From: Spirochaetia bacterium
GTDB lineage: Bacteria > Spirochaetota > Spirochaetia > CAKZLE01
NCBI GenBank assembly: GCA_963677595.1
Contig: OY782041.1
Span: 4,064,001 to 4,128,000, forward strand
DNA length: 64,000 nt
Direction: 5' to 3'
Positions 40,329 through 50,082 of the stretch are shown piece by piece. The notes under the pieces were generated by a model. It was not told the origin of the DNA and searched no databases. It saw nothing but the letters and a program-made list of their open reading frames with translations. The stretch's first letter is position 1; each line of letters opens with the position of its first letter. Position numbers and translations under genes: made by a program.

Positions 40329-41985
40329 GGGACCTAGCATGTTCGAGTGCCGATTCCTCGTTCCGGCTGCCTGAGAGCATCCTCGCGATCTCGATGACCC
40401 GAGTCTCTCCCGAGATCTCCCTGATGGAGGTCTCGGTCCTCCCGTCAGCCTCGTGCTTCTCCACGACGATATGTTTCCGTGCCTTGGCGGCTACGGAGGC
40501 CAGGTGTGAGATACAGAGGATCTGGCGCTTCTCCCCCAGCCGGGCAAGGTGCTCGCCGACGGCGACAGCCACGGTCCCCCCGATCCCGGCATCGATCTCA
40601 TCGAACACCAGAGTACCGATCCGCTCCGAGTCGGAGAAGACGGTCTTCAGGGCCAGCATGATCCTAGAGAGCTCCCCGCCGGAAGCCGCCTGCCGCAGCT
40701 GCTTGAGCTCCTCGCCGAGGTTGGCTGAGATGAGGAACTCGATCGTATCCGCCCCGTTGGCCGTGCAGACCGGGTCGCCGGCATCGCCGACCTTCCCGGA
40801 AAGCTCTACCTTGAAACGGGCCGAGGGCATCCCAAGGCCGGCAAGGTGGGAATCGATCAGTGGTTCGAGCTCGCGGGCTGTCTCAGTCCGTTTCCCCGTG
40901 AGTTCCTTTGCGTCCCGGCTGATCCTCCCCGAGAGGGCCTCGCACCGCTGCTGCAGTTCCCGGTAGTCCTCATCATAGTTGTCGATATCACGAATCCTCG
41001 TGATCGTCTCCTCACGGTACTGCAGGATATCCTCTATGGTCTTCCCATACTTCTTCTTCAGCTTCCGCAGCTCGGCCAGCCGCTCCTGGATCTCATCCAG
41101 CCGCTCTGGCGAGAACACGATATGGTCACTATAGGAGCGGAGCTCCTCGAAGATATCCTCGAGCTCATAGCGGAGGCTCTCCAGTCTCCCTGAGAGCGGT
41201 TCGAGGGACTCGTCGATCTGACTGACGGCAGAGATCTCCCGCGAGGCCGCAATCACGCCGGCAAGAGCTCCCCCTTCGATGTGGAGCCGCTCCTTGGCAA
41301 GCTCCGAGGAGGCAACGAGCCGTTCTGACTCGGAGAGGATCCGAACCTCCCTCTCCAGCTCCTCATCCTCCCCGACTTGTAAGTCGAGGCTGTCGATCTC
41401 ATCGATGGAGAAGGAGAGCATTTCTCGCTCCCTGCGGCGTTCACGCTCATCGCTCCTGCTTCCCTCCAGCTGCTTCCGGGCAGCGAGGTATTCCTTGAAC
41501 AGTTCCGCGAACGCGAGGACTTCGCCCTCGAGGCCGCCATAGCGGTCGAGGAGCCTACGCTGGGCTGCCGGGGCAAGAAGGGACTGATGCTCATGCTGAC
41601 CATGCATGTCCACGAGGAAGCCTGAGAGCTCATCGAGTACCCGGAGGGTCGCCGGCTCTCCCTGGATCGTGATCGCCCCCCGACCGGTGCTCCTGATCGT
41701 CCGCTTGATGATCAGCGCCCCCTCTTCGACAGGTATGTCGTGAGCCTCGAGCCAGGCCTCGAGGTCAGGGTCATCCACGGTCACGACCCCGGAGACCGAG
41801 GCTTCGTCGCAGCCGGTCCTGATCCTGGAGGTGTCAGCCTTGTCTCCCAGCAGGAGCCCCAGGGCCCCGATGAGGATCGACTTCCCCGCCCCGGTCTCGC
41901 CGGTGAGGATGTTGAACCCGGGAGAGAAGCTGATCGTCAGCTTCGTGATCAGGGCATAGTTCCTGATCGTCAGTGTCTCAAGCAT
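40318..41985 (-). CDS. recN: DNA repair protein RecN
   Basis: TGETGAGKSI, HGQHEHQ, ASGGELSRIMLA, FDEIDAGIGG, EIARML. Confidence 0.97.
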   Translation of the reverse strand: MLETLTIRNYALITKLTISFSPGFNILTGETGAGKSILIGALGLLLGDKADTSRIRTGCDEASVSGVVTVDDPDLEAWLEAHDIPVEEGALIIKRTIRSTGRGAITIQGEPATLRVLDELSGFLVDMHGQHEHQSLLAPAAQRRLLDRYGGLEGEVLAFAELFKEYLAARKQLEGSRSDERERRREREMLSFSIDEIDSLDLQVGEDEELEREVRILSESERLVASSELAKERLHIEGGALAGVIAASREISAVSQIDESLEPLSGRLESLRYELEDIFEELRSYSDHIVFSPERLDEIQERLAELRKLKKKYGKTIEDILQYREETITRIRDIDNYDEDYRELQQRCEALSGRISRDAKELTGKRTETARELEPLIDSHLAGLGMPSARFKVELSGKVGDAGDPVCTANGADTIEFLISANLGEELKQLRQAASGGELSRIMLALKTVFSDSERIGTLVFDEIDAGIGGTVAVAVGEHLARLGEKRQILCISHLASVAAKARKHIVVEKHEADGRTETSIREISGETRVIEIARMLSGSRNEESALEHARSLMG

Positions 41986-42829
41986 TTGACTCCCCCGACC
42001 AGTTGAGTTTCGACCGTACGACCTCGTAGAAGTTACGCTTGTCGGAGAGGGCTAACAGTGCCCTGCTCCTCGACTTCTCGATCACGACCTCATCCCCCTC
42101 CTCGAGGTGGAACATCTCCTGCCCATCGACGGTGAGGTTCATCTCCGTCCGCTGGTGAGCGAGGACCTCGATCCTGATGATGTCATCCCCGGAGATCACC
42201 AGCGGCCGGTTCGAGAGGGTGAAGGGGCTGATCGGCGTGACGATGAGCGCCTCCATCTCCGAATCCACGATCGGTCCACCGGCAGCCATGCTGTAGGCGG
42301 TGGAGCCCGTCGGGGTGGCGCAGATGATCCCGTCGGCACGGAAGGTACCGAGATGGGTGTCATTGAGGAAGAGTTTCAGGGTCACGACCTTCGAGATGCC
42401 GGTCGCCGTCACGACGGTGTCATTGAGCCCATGTGCCCGGTAGATGGTCTTTCCCTGACGGATGACCCGTACCCGGTACATCAGCCGTTTGGAGAGGATG
42501 GTCTCCCCGCAGCAGAACTTCTCGAAGGCATCCTGCCACTCATCCACCGACACCTCGGTGATGAAGCCGAAGGTCCCGAGGTTCACCGCGAGAATCGGGA
42601 TCCCCTGGTCCTGGAGCATGCGGGCACAGTAGAGGACCGTCCCGTCGCCGCCGAGGCTGATCGCCAGATCTATATCATTGAGGACGGGTTTGGGGCTGTC
42701 ACGCTTCAGGCCGAGGAAATCGACGGTGATCCCCCTGCCCTCGAGGTAGGCGATGATCTCAGAGCTGAGTCTCTGGGCATCCGGTTTATGCAGGTTCACT
42801 ACAAGAAGAACACGTTCTACAGTTCGCAC
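41978..42829 (-). CDS. nadK: NAD kinase
   Basis: GGDGT, NLG..GF, LND, DG.I.ATPTGSTAYS.AAGGP, VDG. Confidence 0.95.
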   Translation of the reverse strand: MRTVERVLLVVNLHKPDAQRLSSEIIAYLEGRGITVDFLGLKRDSPKPVLNDIDLAISLGGDGTVLYCARMLQDQGIPILAVNLGTFGFITEVSVDEWQDAFEKFCCGETILSKRLMYRVRVIRQGKTIYRAHGLNDTVVTATGISKVVTLKLFLNDTHLGTFRADGIICATPTGSTAYSMAAGGPIVDSEMEALIVTPISPFTLSNRPLVISGDDIIRIEVLAHQRTEMNLTVDGQEMFHLEEGDEVVIEKSRSRALLALSDKRNFYEVVRSKLNWSGESNA

Positions 42830-42848
42830 GGCAACTCTCCAGTATCGT

Positions 42849-43874
42849 TTATGGCAATGTCGACATGACCCGCACCATGGTCATGAGCTGGTCCTTCGAT
42901 AACAGCGGATACAACGGGAATATCATAGCACGTAATATGAACGGGATGCTATTGGGAAATTCATTAGTGTCCCGCCCGTCCAGGGTCAGGGCGCATTCGC
43001 TGAACGGCATGGCCGTCTCGATCTTGTACTTCTTCACATATTTCAGGATATCCTTCATCCTCGAGTCGGCCAGGACGCCGAAGGAGTACCCGTTATGGGC
43101 TGATGACTCACTCATCTCATTGATCAGCAGATGCTTGGTCTTCATGAGCGCCTGCCTGAGCGCATCCAGGTACTCGAGCTGCTTGGCGATATGGTGGTCG
43201 ATCACCTTCAGCTGGTTGCTGATCAGCGCACTGTTAATATCAGGGAGCAGGTCGAACCTGAGGTCCCTCCCGGTCGCAGCCTTCATGTAGGCCATATGCT
43301 TCCGGTCCTTGACGATCACCGCTGCCCCGCCCCCTGCCCCGACGAGGGCGTCGTCCTCGAAGGAGATCACCACGACGGATCCCAGTGATCCTGCAGCCAC
43401 GCCGTTCTTCCTGGAGTGGTAGCTCTGCGATATATCCTCGATGATCGGGATCGACAGTTCCCTGAAACCATCCTCGGAGACTGTATTCCCAAGCGGCTCA
43501 TGGATCAGCACGGCATCGGGAGCAGGGCTCCCGAGTCCTTTCACGGCTTCTGCCGTGATACAGGCAGTCTTCGGGTCGACGTCCACAAACACCGGCTCAA
43601 GGCCTGACTCCTGGAGCAGCCAGAGGTATTCCGGCGGGGAGAGGGGTGAGATGACCACCCGGTCGCCCCGTTTCAGCTGCAGGGATCTCAGCGCGATGAT
43701 GAGTGCCCGCAGGTAGGATCTCAGCACGATGGTATCAGCTGCCGAGAATTCCGAGGTCAGGGTCTTGGCAAGTTCCTGGTTCCTGGCCCCGGGGCCGAGT
43801 TCCTCATCGACGAGGGTGCCCAGGACAGAATCCATATCCTTGCGCTTGATGGTGGGTTTGAAGAGCTTAATCAT
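42849..43874 (-). CDS. DegT/DnrJ/EryC1/StrS-fold protein, apparently lacking the PLP lysine
   Basis: GDRVVIS, P.FVDVDP, IIEDISQS, G...V.SF, FPLYP; SFxxxK is replaced by SFEDDA. Confidence 0.75.
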   Translation of the reverse strand: MIKLFKPTIKRKDMDSVLGTLVDEELGPGARNQELAKTLTSEFSAADTIVLRSYLRALIIALRSLQLKRGDRVVISPLSPPEYLWLLQESGLEPVFVDVDPKTACITAEAVKGLGSPAPDAVLIHEPLGNTVSEDGFRELSIPIIEDISQSYHSRKNGVAAGSLGSVVVISFEDDALVGAGGGAAVIVKDRKHMAYMKAATGRDLRFDLLPDINSALISNQLKVIDHHIAKQLEYLDALRQALMKTKHLLINEMSESSAHNGYSFGVLADSRMKDILKYVKKYKIETAMPFSECALTLDGRDTNEFPNSIPFILRAMIFPLYPLLSKDQLMTMVRVMSTLP

Positions 43875-43970
43875 ACGTACATAAATTCCTTGAATTCCCA
43901 GTATACCATGTAGAAAGAAGCTGTCTATATGAATTCATGAGAAAGTAGGAGAATCTGTGCAGTATACAGC

Positions 43971-44693
43971 TTAGAACTTCAGCATCAGCGAGAGGTCCAT
44001 GACATTCTGGTTGAAGTAGATCTTCACGTACCCCATCTTCTCATCGAGGAGGTTGTAGTAGATCTCCTCCCAGCAGAACAGGGGGGCACCGGGGATCAGG
44101 GAGAAGCGCTCGGCGACTTCCGGGTTGTGTTCGGCCAGCAGCCAGGCCGTGGTATGGTTGCTCTCGGTCGTGCAGTGGGCGCAGATGAACTCCTTCATGG
44201 ACTCGGTGTACTCCCCCTCTTCAGGGATCACATCCACGATATCTTCAAGGAGTTCCACGTAACAGACCACCGCCAGGACATCATTCGCATAGTAATCCTG
44301 CCTGGATGCGACGACCCGTGCACCATCGGCAGCAGGCATACGTCTAACCATGGCAGCAGAGGCCTCCCTGGTCTCCACCTGAGCCCTGAACGTACGGACA
44401 TCATAGCCGGAGTCGGTAAGGAGGTGCCGAAAGTCCGAGTTCAGGTCTATCCGCATGTTCAGGTTGGACACATCCGGGTGCCCGTAGTTTCCCTTCCCAT
44501 GCCACCGGGTGATGACCCCTTCCTGGATCAGGACGGTCATGGCCTTACGGACCGTCTCCCTGCTCATCCCCAGCTTCTCAGCAAGGGTGTTCTCGGGTTC
44601 GATCTTGTTGGCCCCGGCAGCCATCTTCCTGATCCGGTCGAGAAGGTAGAGTTTTGCCTTGATATATAGCGGTTCTTTATTCTGCTGTTCCAT
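43971..44693 (-). CDS. GntR-family regulator, HutC/UTRA subfamily
   Basis: PLY..., E..LAEKLGMSRETVRKAM..L...G.I.R.HGKG, about 240 aa with a UTRA-sized C-terminal domain. Confidence 0.85.
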   Translation of the reverse strand: MEQQNKEPLYIKAKLYLLDRIRKMAAGANKIEPENTLAEKLGMSRETVRKAMTVLIQEGVITRWHGKGNYGHPDVSNLNMRIDLNSDFRHLLTDSGYDVRTFRAQVETREASAAMVRRMPAADGARVVASRQDYYANDVLAVVCYVELLEDIVDVIPEEGEYTESMKEFICAHCTTESNHTTAWLLAEHNPEVAERFSLIPGAPLFCWEEIYYNLLDEKMGYVKIYFNQNVMDLSLMLKF

Positions 44694-44785
44694 ATGCTCT
44701 TCTTACCATGCTGATGAGATCGGTACATTATCAGGGGTGTCGCGGCGATCTGTCAAGGTTTATCAGATAATGCGGTCAGTCACGG

Positions 44786-44828
44786 TATGGATGCAGGCAG
44801 TTCCGCGAGGACCAGCCTGCATCCCATA
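44786..44828 (-). terminator. Hairpin after transcarbamylase gene
   Basis: GGATGCAGGC/GCCTGCATCC stem. Confidence 0.55.
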
Positions 44829-44842
44829 TACTGACGCTAAAC

Positions 44843-45868
44843 CTACAGGTTAGCCATGGTAGTGGCCATGATCGCCTTCATGATGTGGAGCCGGTTCTCA
44901 GCCTCGTCATAGACGACAGAGTGAGGTCCGTCGACCACTTCACTGGTCACCTCGATGTCACGGTCGAAGGGCATGCAGTGCATGTAGATCGAGTTCGGGT
45001 TCGTCAGGTCCATCTTCCGCTGGTCCACGACCCAGTCCATGTTCCCGTTCTCCCGGTATCGGTCGATGATAGCGATACCTTCTGCCTCGTCCTCAGTATG
45101 CATGATCGGGCCCCAGCCTTTTGCATAGACGATATCTGCACCCTTGCAGGCCTCTTCCATGCTGTCAACGACCTCGAACTTGCTGCCTGCGAGTTCTGCG
45201 TTCTTCTTTGCCTGTTCCATGATCTCCGGTTTCAGCTTGAACTCCGGTGGATGGGCCAGGGTCACGTCAAGCCCGAATCTCGGCATGCAGAGCACCAGTG
45301 ACTGTGCCATGGAGAGCGGCCTGATATAGTTCGGCGCAGAAGTCCAGGAGACGACGATCCTTTTGTTCTTCAGGTTGTTCTGGAATTTCTCCTTGATCGT
45401 CATCAGGTCTGCAAGGACCTGTGTGGGGTGGTAGTCCTCACACTGCATGTTGACGACAGGGATATCAGAGTACTTCGCGAGCTCCCTCATATAGGCATGT
45501 CCGGGACCGAAGGTCTTCCGGACACCGATGCCTTCGCCGTATCTGGAGAGGACCTTGATGGTGTCCTTGGCAGTCTCGCCATGGTCGATCTGGGTAGCCT
45601 TAGGGGTCAGAAAATGGGCATGGCCGCCAAGCTGGTGGATACCGGCTTCGAACGCATTCCTGGTCCTGGTTGATTCTTCGAAGAACAGCATGAAGAATGT
45701 CTTTGCTCTGAGGATCTCATCATGGGTCAATCCGAGGTTCCTCTCCTCTTTCAGCCTGAAAGCGACACTGAGCAGCCGCTCGATCTCCTCGACACTCCAG
45801 TCCTGGGTGCTGAGAAGATGTTTCTTACGTAATGAACTGTACATAATCTTTCTATCCTCCATATCCAT
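44843..45868 (-). CDS. Carbamoyltransferase, YgeW/N-acetylornithine transcarbamylase-like
   Basis: ESTRT, HPTQ..AD, SWTSAPNYIRPLSMAQS, YAKGW, MHCMP, EAENRLH. Confidence 0.85.
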   Translation of the reverse strand: MDMEDRKIMYSSLRKKHLLSTQDWSVEEIERLLSVAFRLKEERNLGLTHDEILRAKTFFMLFFEESTRTRNAFEAGIHQLGGHAHFLTPKATQIDHGETAKDTIKVLSRYGEGIGVRKTFGPGHAYMRELAKYSDIPVVNMQCEDYHPTQVLADLMTIKEKFQNNLKNKRIVVSWTSAPNYIRPLSMAQSLVLCMPRFGLDVTLAHPPEFKLKPEIMEQAKKNAELAGSKFEVVDSMEEACKGADIVYAKGWGPIMHTEDEAEGIAIIDRYRENGNMDWVVDQRKMDLTNPNSIYMHCMPFDRDIEVTSEVVDGPHSVVYDEAENRLHIMKAIMATTMANL

Positions 45869-45906
45869 TAATCGTCATGCGTACCCGCAGGACAACTAGA
45901 TTCCAA

Positions 45907-46983
45907 CTAAATGACCATGCCCAAGGCACCGGTCGGACAGACGGATGCGCAGAGACCGCAGAGCCTGCAGGTATCCTCGTCCAGGCTCATGACCTTGTCA
46001 CTGAGTTCCCGTGACTGGTAGGGGCAGACCGTGACACATCGCATGCAGGAGGTGCATTTCCCCACCTCGAAGCTGAACGCGAACCGTACATGGTTCTCTG
46101 CCCGTGAGAGGTTCGGCAGGGCTGCCCCGGACACCTCCTCGACGCTCCCATACCCCAGGTGTGCTATCCGCTCCCCGAAGGAACGGATGGTCCGCGGCAT
46201 GATGCCAAGACCTTTCAGCAGCGGCAGGGTGCACACCCCTACTGCAGAAGCCCCTGCCATCAGCATCTCGATCGCATCATCACTGCTCATGACCCCGCCG
46301 AGCCCGATCACCGGGATCCGTACGGCACGGGATATATCAGCGACATACCGGAGGATGATCGGCTTGATCGCACTCCCGGTCAGCCAGCCCTCCCCGCGTT
46401 CGCCGCCTACCATTGGTGCAGCCTTCTCGATATCGATCCGAAGGACCGGGCCGACGGAATCCATCGCCGTGATCGCCTTCGCCCCAGCCTGCTCCGCCTC
46501 GACAGCGCAGGATACCGGGTCACCCCAGTTCGGTGAGAGCTTTGCGATCACGGGAAGGTCCGTGAGCGTGCAGGCAGCGGTTATCATGGGAATCATGGTC
46601 TTCTGCTCGTAGGAGACCAGCTCTATCATATCGGCACCGGCTGCCGTGACGAGGGGGACCCAATGTTCTGCTTCAGCTACGGTGTGCCCGATGCTGGCGA
46701 TGACCACGACTCCATGAGCCTTGGCTTTCGGGATCTCCTGCTCGACCCACTGCTCGCCGGTGATATCGCTCCATTTCTCGGCATTGACCATACTGGAAAC
46801 GGTATTGCATGCCATATGGGGATAGGGGTTGTCTGCGGGAATGTCCCGTATCGTCTTGGTTACCACCGCACCGAACCCATGGTCATGGGCCCTGATCAGG
46901 CCGTCCCCGTCGTAACTCAACGGTCCGGACCCAAGGATGAACGGTGACTGCATCGAAACGGAACAGAAAGTGAATCTCCCCAC
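45907..46983 (-). CDS. DHODH/PreA-like FMN oxidoreductase with C-terminal 2x[4Fe-4S] domain
   Basis: SPFILGSGP, GAVVTKT, PVIAKL, D.VGP, GWLTG..IKP, IG.GGV, GA..V; CxxCxxCxxxCP twice; GTG start after GAGGGG. Confidence 0.85.
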   Translation of the reverse strand: MGRFTFCSVSMQSPFILGSGPLSYDGDGLIRAHDHGFGAVVTKTIRDIPADNPYPHMACNTVSSMVNAEKWSDITGEQWVEQEIPKAKAHGVVVIASIGHTVAEAEHWVPLVTAAGADMIELVSYEQKTMIPMITAACTLTDLPVIAKLSPNWGDPVSCAVEAEQAGAKAITAMDSVGPVLRIDIEKAAPMVGGERGEGWLTGSAIKPIILRYVADISRAVRIPVIGLGGVMSSDDAIEMLMAGASAVGVCTLPLLKGLGIMPRTIRSFGERIAHLGYGSVEEVSGAALPNLSRAENHVRFAFSFEVGKCTSCMRCVTVCPYQSRELSDKVMSLDEDTCRLCGLCASVCPTGALGMVI

Positions 46984-47008
46984 GACGTACCCCTCTAAGC
47001 GGTTTACA

Positions 47009-47057
47009 TGTACATACATGTTTCTCTTAAATTATCATATGGCTATAGTGATGTCAA
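47009..47057 (-). promoter_or_regulatory. Leftward promoter with HutC-type operator
   Basis: TTGACA (47052-47057, minus) and a TAATTT/GATAAT -10; TGTACATACA at 47009-47018. Confidence 0.65.
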
Positions 47058-47125
47058 TATAATTGATAGTCCATAATCAACTATACTGCCGGTAGATTTG
47101 CCGCTCCTAAAAAGCCCCTTATAAC

Positions 47126-47175
47126 TTGACGAGTCGGCTGATCTCCTACTACAATAGCTTATGTTGTATATACAA
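47126..47175 (+). promoter_or_regulatory. Rightward promoter with perfect palindromic operator
   Basis: TTGACG-18 nt-TACAAT; TTGTATATACAA at 47164-47175. Confidence 0.7.
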
Positions 47176-47192
47176 ATAAAGGTGAATAACAG

Positions 47193-47714
47193 ATGGCACA
47201 GGTAACAGACAGCATCACATGCACAGTGAACGGGATCACCCGGGAGATCGGGATCTCACAGAGGTGGACCGCCCTCCACGTGATCAGGGAGGTCCTCGGG
47301 CTGAAGGGCACGAAATACGGCTGCGGGACCGGGGACTGCGGTGCCTGCAAGATCCTGCTAGACGGGAAGGCTGTCAACTCCTGCACGCTGAAGGCCAGTA
47401 AGCTCGACGGGCATGAGGTGATCACCATAGAGGGGATCGGGAAGGACGGGGAGCTGTCAATCGTGCAGCAGGCATTCATCGACGCCGGGGCTGTCCAGTG
47501 CGGGTTCTGCACCCCCGGGATGATCATCACGACCACGGCCCTCCTTGAGGGGGACCCCGCCCCCGACGAGGCGGCAATACGGAAGGCACTGTACAACAAT
47601 CTCTGTCGGTGCACCGGGTATGTGCATATCGTCGAAGCGGTAAAACTGGCATCACAGCGGATGGAGGAGGCAAGACAGTCCCTCGAGAGGCTGAAAGGGG
47701 CACGCAATGGCTGA
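47193..47714 (+). CDS. Xanthine dehydrogenase-family 2x[2Fe-2S] subunit
   Basis: GTKYGCGTGDCGAC, NSC, QCGFCTPG, NLCRCTGY. Confidence 0.95.
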   Translation: MAQVTDSITCTVNGITREIGISQRWTALHVIREVLGLKGTKYGCGTGDCGACKILLDGKAVNSCTLKASKLDGHEVITIEGIGKDGELSIVQQAFIDAGAVQCGFCTPGMIITTTALLEGDPAPDEAAIRKALYNNLCRCTGYVHIVEAVKLASQRMEEARQSLERLKGARNG

Positions 47715-50013
47715 TGCGAACCGGTACGTAGGGGCAGCTATCCCGAACAGGGAGTCTGCCATGAAGGTCTCCGGTGAGATCCGGTATATCGACGATATCG
47801 TACTCCCGGGAATGCTCCATGCGAAGATGCTCCTCTCCCCCCACCCCCATGCAAGGATCAAGTCCATCGACACATCAGAGGCGCAAGCCCTGCCGGGTGT
47901 CCATGCGGTCATCCATGCATTCAACACACCGAAGCACCTCTATAACAGTGCTGCCCGGTTCTATCTCGATACCAGCCCGGCCGATATGCCGGAGACAGAA
48001 TATATCTTCGGGGAGACCGTCCACTTCGTCGGCGACCGGGTAGCCGCGGTAGCAGCAGACGACCCCTTCATCGCGGCGCAGGCAGTCCGGCTAATCAAGG
48101 TAGAGTATGAACTGCTTGACCCCGTGATCACGCTGAAGGAGGCGATCGCGGAAGGGGCCCCCCTTGCCAGCGAGTTCGGGATCGATTCCACGAACCTCTG
48201 CGGGGGTGAGCTCGCCTACGGTTCCCACGATGAGCAGGAGGTTCTCGATGCTATCGGGTCCTCCGAGCAGGTGCTGCAGACGACCTTCTACCCCTCACGG
48301 GTCCACCATGCCTATATGGAGCCGGTTGCCCATATCGCAGACTACACCCGAGATGGGAAGCTGACCGTCTATACCTCGACTCAGAACGCGTTCTGTTTCC
48401 GGGATGTGCTCTCGACGGCCCTGCACATGCCGCAACACAAGATCCGGGTCATCAAGACCGTATGCGGCGGGGCCTTCGGCGGGAAGCTTGAGATCATGCA
48501 CGAACCCGTGGTCTCCCTACTCTCCATGAAGACCCGCCGTCCGGTGAAGATACGCCTCGACCGCAGGGAGACCTTCACCTCGACAAGGACCCGTCATGCG
48601 GGGATGCTTACCATCTCCAGCGGGTTCACATCAGACGGGAAGCTCACGGCCCAGCATGTCGACTCCAGGCTGGATACCGGGGCATATGCGACTTCAGGGC
48701 CGAACACCGTAGGGGCCCAGTCAGGCAAGATGTTCATCCTCTACAATGCACCGTACATGTTCTACCGCGGGGCTTCCTACTACACAAACACCCCGGTCGC
48801 CGGGGCAATGCGGGGGTACGGATGTCCCCAGATCATGGTGACCCGTGAGACCCACATGGACCAGATCGCGAAAATACTCTCCATGGACCCGGCACAGCTT
48901 CGCCTGCTGAACTGCATCAAGCCCTATGAGGATAACTGCCTCGGGAACAACATCCACAACGCGAGGGTGAACGACTGCATCATCGCAGGGATCGAGCGGT
49001 TCGACTGGGCAAAACGGCGAGAACAGGCAGAAAGGACCCATTCCTCGCGGATACGCCGCGGTGTCGGCATGGATATCGCGGTGCACGGCAATGGCTGGTA
49101 TCCCGTCTACCAGGATATCACGACGATCACTATACGGATGAACAATGACGGGTCGGCGACCCTGCTCACCGGTACCCATGACCTGGGAACCGGTTCCCGG
49201 ACCATCCTCTCGCAGATCGCGGCCGAGATCCTGAAGATCTCCCCCAATGAAATCGAGGTCATCGAGGCAGATACCGACGTCACCCCGCTCGACCTGGGTG
49301 CCCAGGCTTCCCGAACCACCTATATCGGAGGGAATGCCGCCATCCTCACGGCACAGGAGATCAGGAGGCAGCTGCTCGAGGAAGCCTCCGCCATCCTCAC
49401 AGTACCTGCAGATCTCCTTGAGATCGGAGAGGGGTACATCTCCAACCGGGAGGACCCGGACTGCAGGAGCTCCCTCGTCGATGTCATAGGATCAGCTCAG
49501 GCGGGTACCCACGGGGCTCAGCGGGAGATCATCGCGACTCGGACCTTCGAATCGAAGGATTCGATAGACAGCTATGCTGCCGTCTTCTGCGAAGTCGAGG
49601 TCGATACGGAGACCGGGATCGTCACCCCGATCGAGATCCTGAGCGTCCATAACTCAGGGACCGTCATCAATCCGCTGCTCTTCAACGGGCAGGTACACGG
49701 GGGGATACAGATGGGCCTCGGCTATGCCCTCTCCGAGGAGATGGAGATAGACCCCGGATCGGGGAAGATGAAGAACCCCAATTTCAGGAAGTACAGGATG
49801 TTTACCTCGGACGCTATGCCGAAGGTGGATGTCATTACCGTGGAGGACCCCGAAGCTGCCGGGCCGTTCGGCGCGAAGAGTATCGGGGAGTGCGCGACCG
49901 ACGGGATCGCCGGTGCAGTGGTCAATGCCGCAAGCCATGCCCTTGGAGGTATCTACTTGGACAGGCTGCCGCTCAGACCCGATTATATTCTCTCAAAGCT
50001 TGAAGCAAACTAG
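47707..50013 (+). CDS. Xanthine dehydrogenase-family molybdopterin-binding subunit (module 1)
   Basis: H.YMEP, GGAFGGK, AMRGYG.PQ, DLG.QASR, GQVHGG, GAKSIGE. Confidence 0.93.
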   Translation: MADANRYVGAAIPNRESAMKVSGEIRYIDDIVLPGMLHAKMLLSPHPHARIKSIDTSEAQALPGVHAVIHAFNTPKHLYNSAARFYLDTSPADMPETEYIFGETVHFVGDRVAAVAADDPFIAAQAVRLIKVEYELLDPVITLKEAIAEGAPLASEFGIDSTNLCGGELAYGSHDEQEVLDAIGSSEQVLQTTFYPSRVHHAYMEPVAHIADYTRDGKLTVYTSTQNAFCFRDVLSTALHMPQHKIRVIKTVCGGAFGGKLEIMHEPVVSLLSMKTRRPVKIRLDRRETFTSTRTRHAGMLTISSGFTSDGKLTAQHVDSRLDTGAYATSGPNTVGAQSGKMFILYNAPYMFYRGASYYTNTPVAGAMRGYGCPQIMVTRETHMDQIAKILSMDPAQLRLLNCIKPYEDNCLGNNIHNARVNDCIIAGIERFDWAKRREQAERTHSSRIRRGVGMDIAVHGNGWYPVYQDITTITIRMNNDGSATLLTGTHDLGTGSRTILSQIAAEILKISPNEIEVIEADTDVTPLDLGAQASRTTYIGGNAAILTAQEIRRQLLEEASAILTVPADLLEIGEGYISNREDPDCRSSLVDVIGSAQAGTHGAQREIIATRTFESKDSIDSYAAVFCEVEVDTETGIVTPIEILSVHNSGTVINPLLFNGQVHGGIQMGLGYALSEEMEIDPGSGKMKNPNFRKYRMFTSDAMPKVDVITVEDPEAAGPFGAKSIGECATDGIAGAVVNAASHALGGIYLDRLPLRPDYILSKLEAN

Positions 50014-50062
50014 AAAAGGTCCCAGGTACAGGCTTCGACCTGTATATCTGGGACCTTCTTTC
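50014..50062. terminator. Bidirectional terminator between convergent operons
   Basis: AAGGTCCCAGGTACAGG/CCTGTATATCTGGGACCTT stem flanked by A- and T-rich tails. Confidence 0.75.
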
Positions 50063-50082
50063 TCTCACCGACTTGAAGGGAC

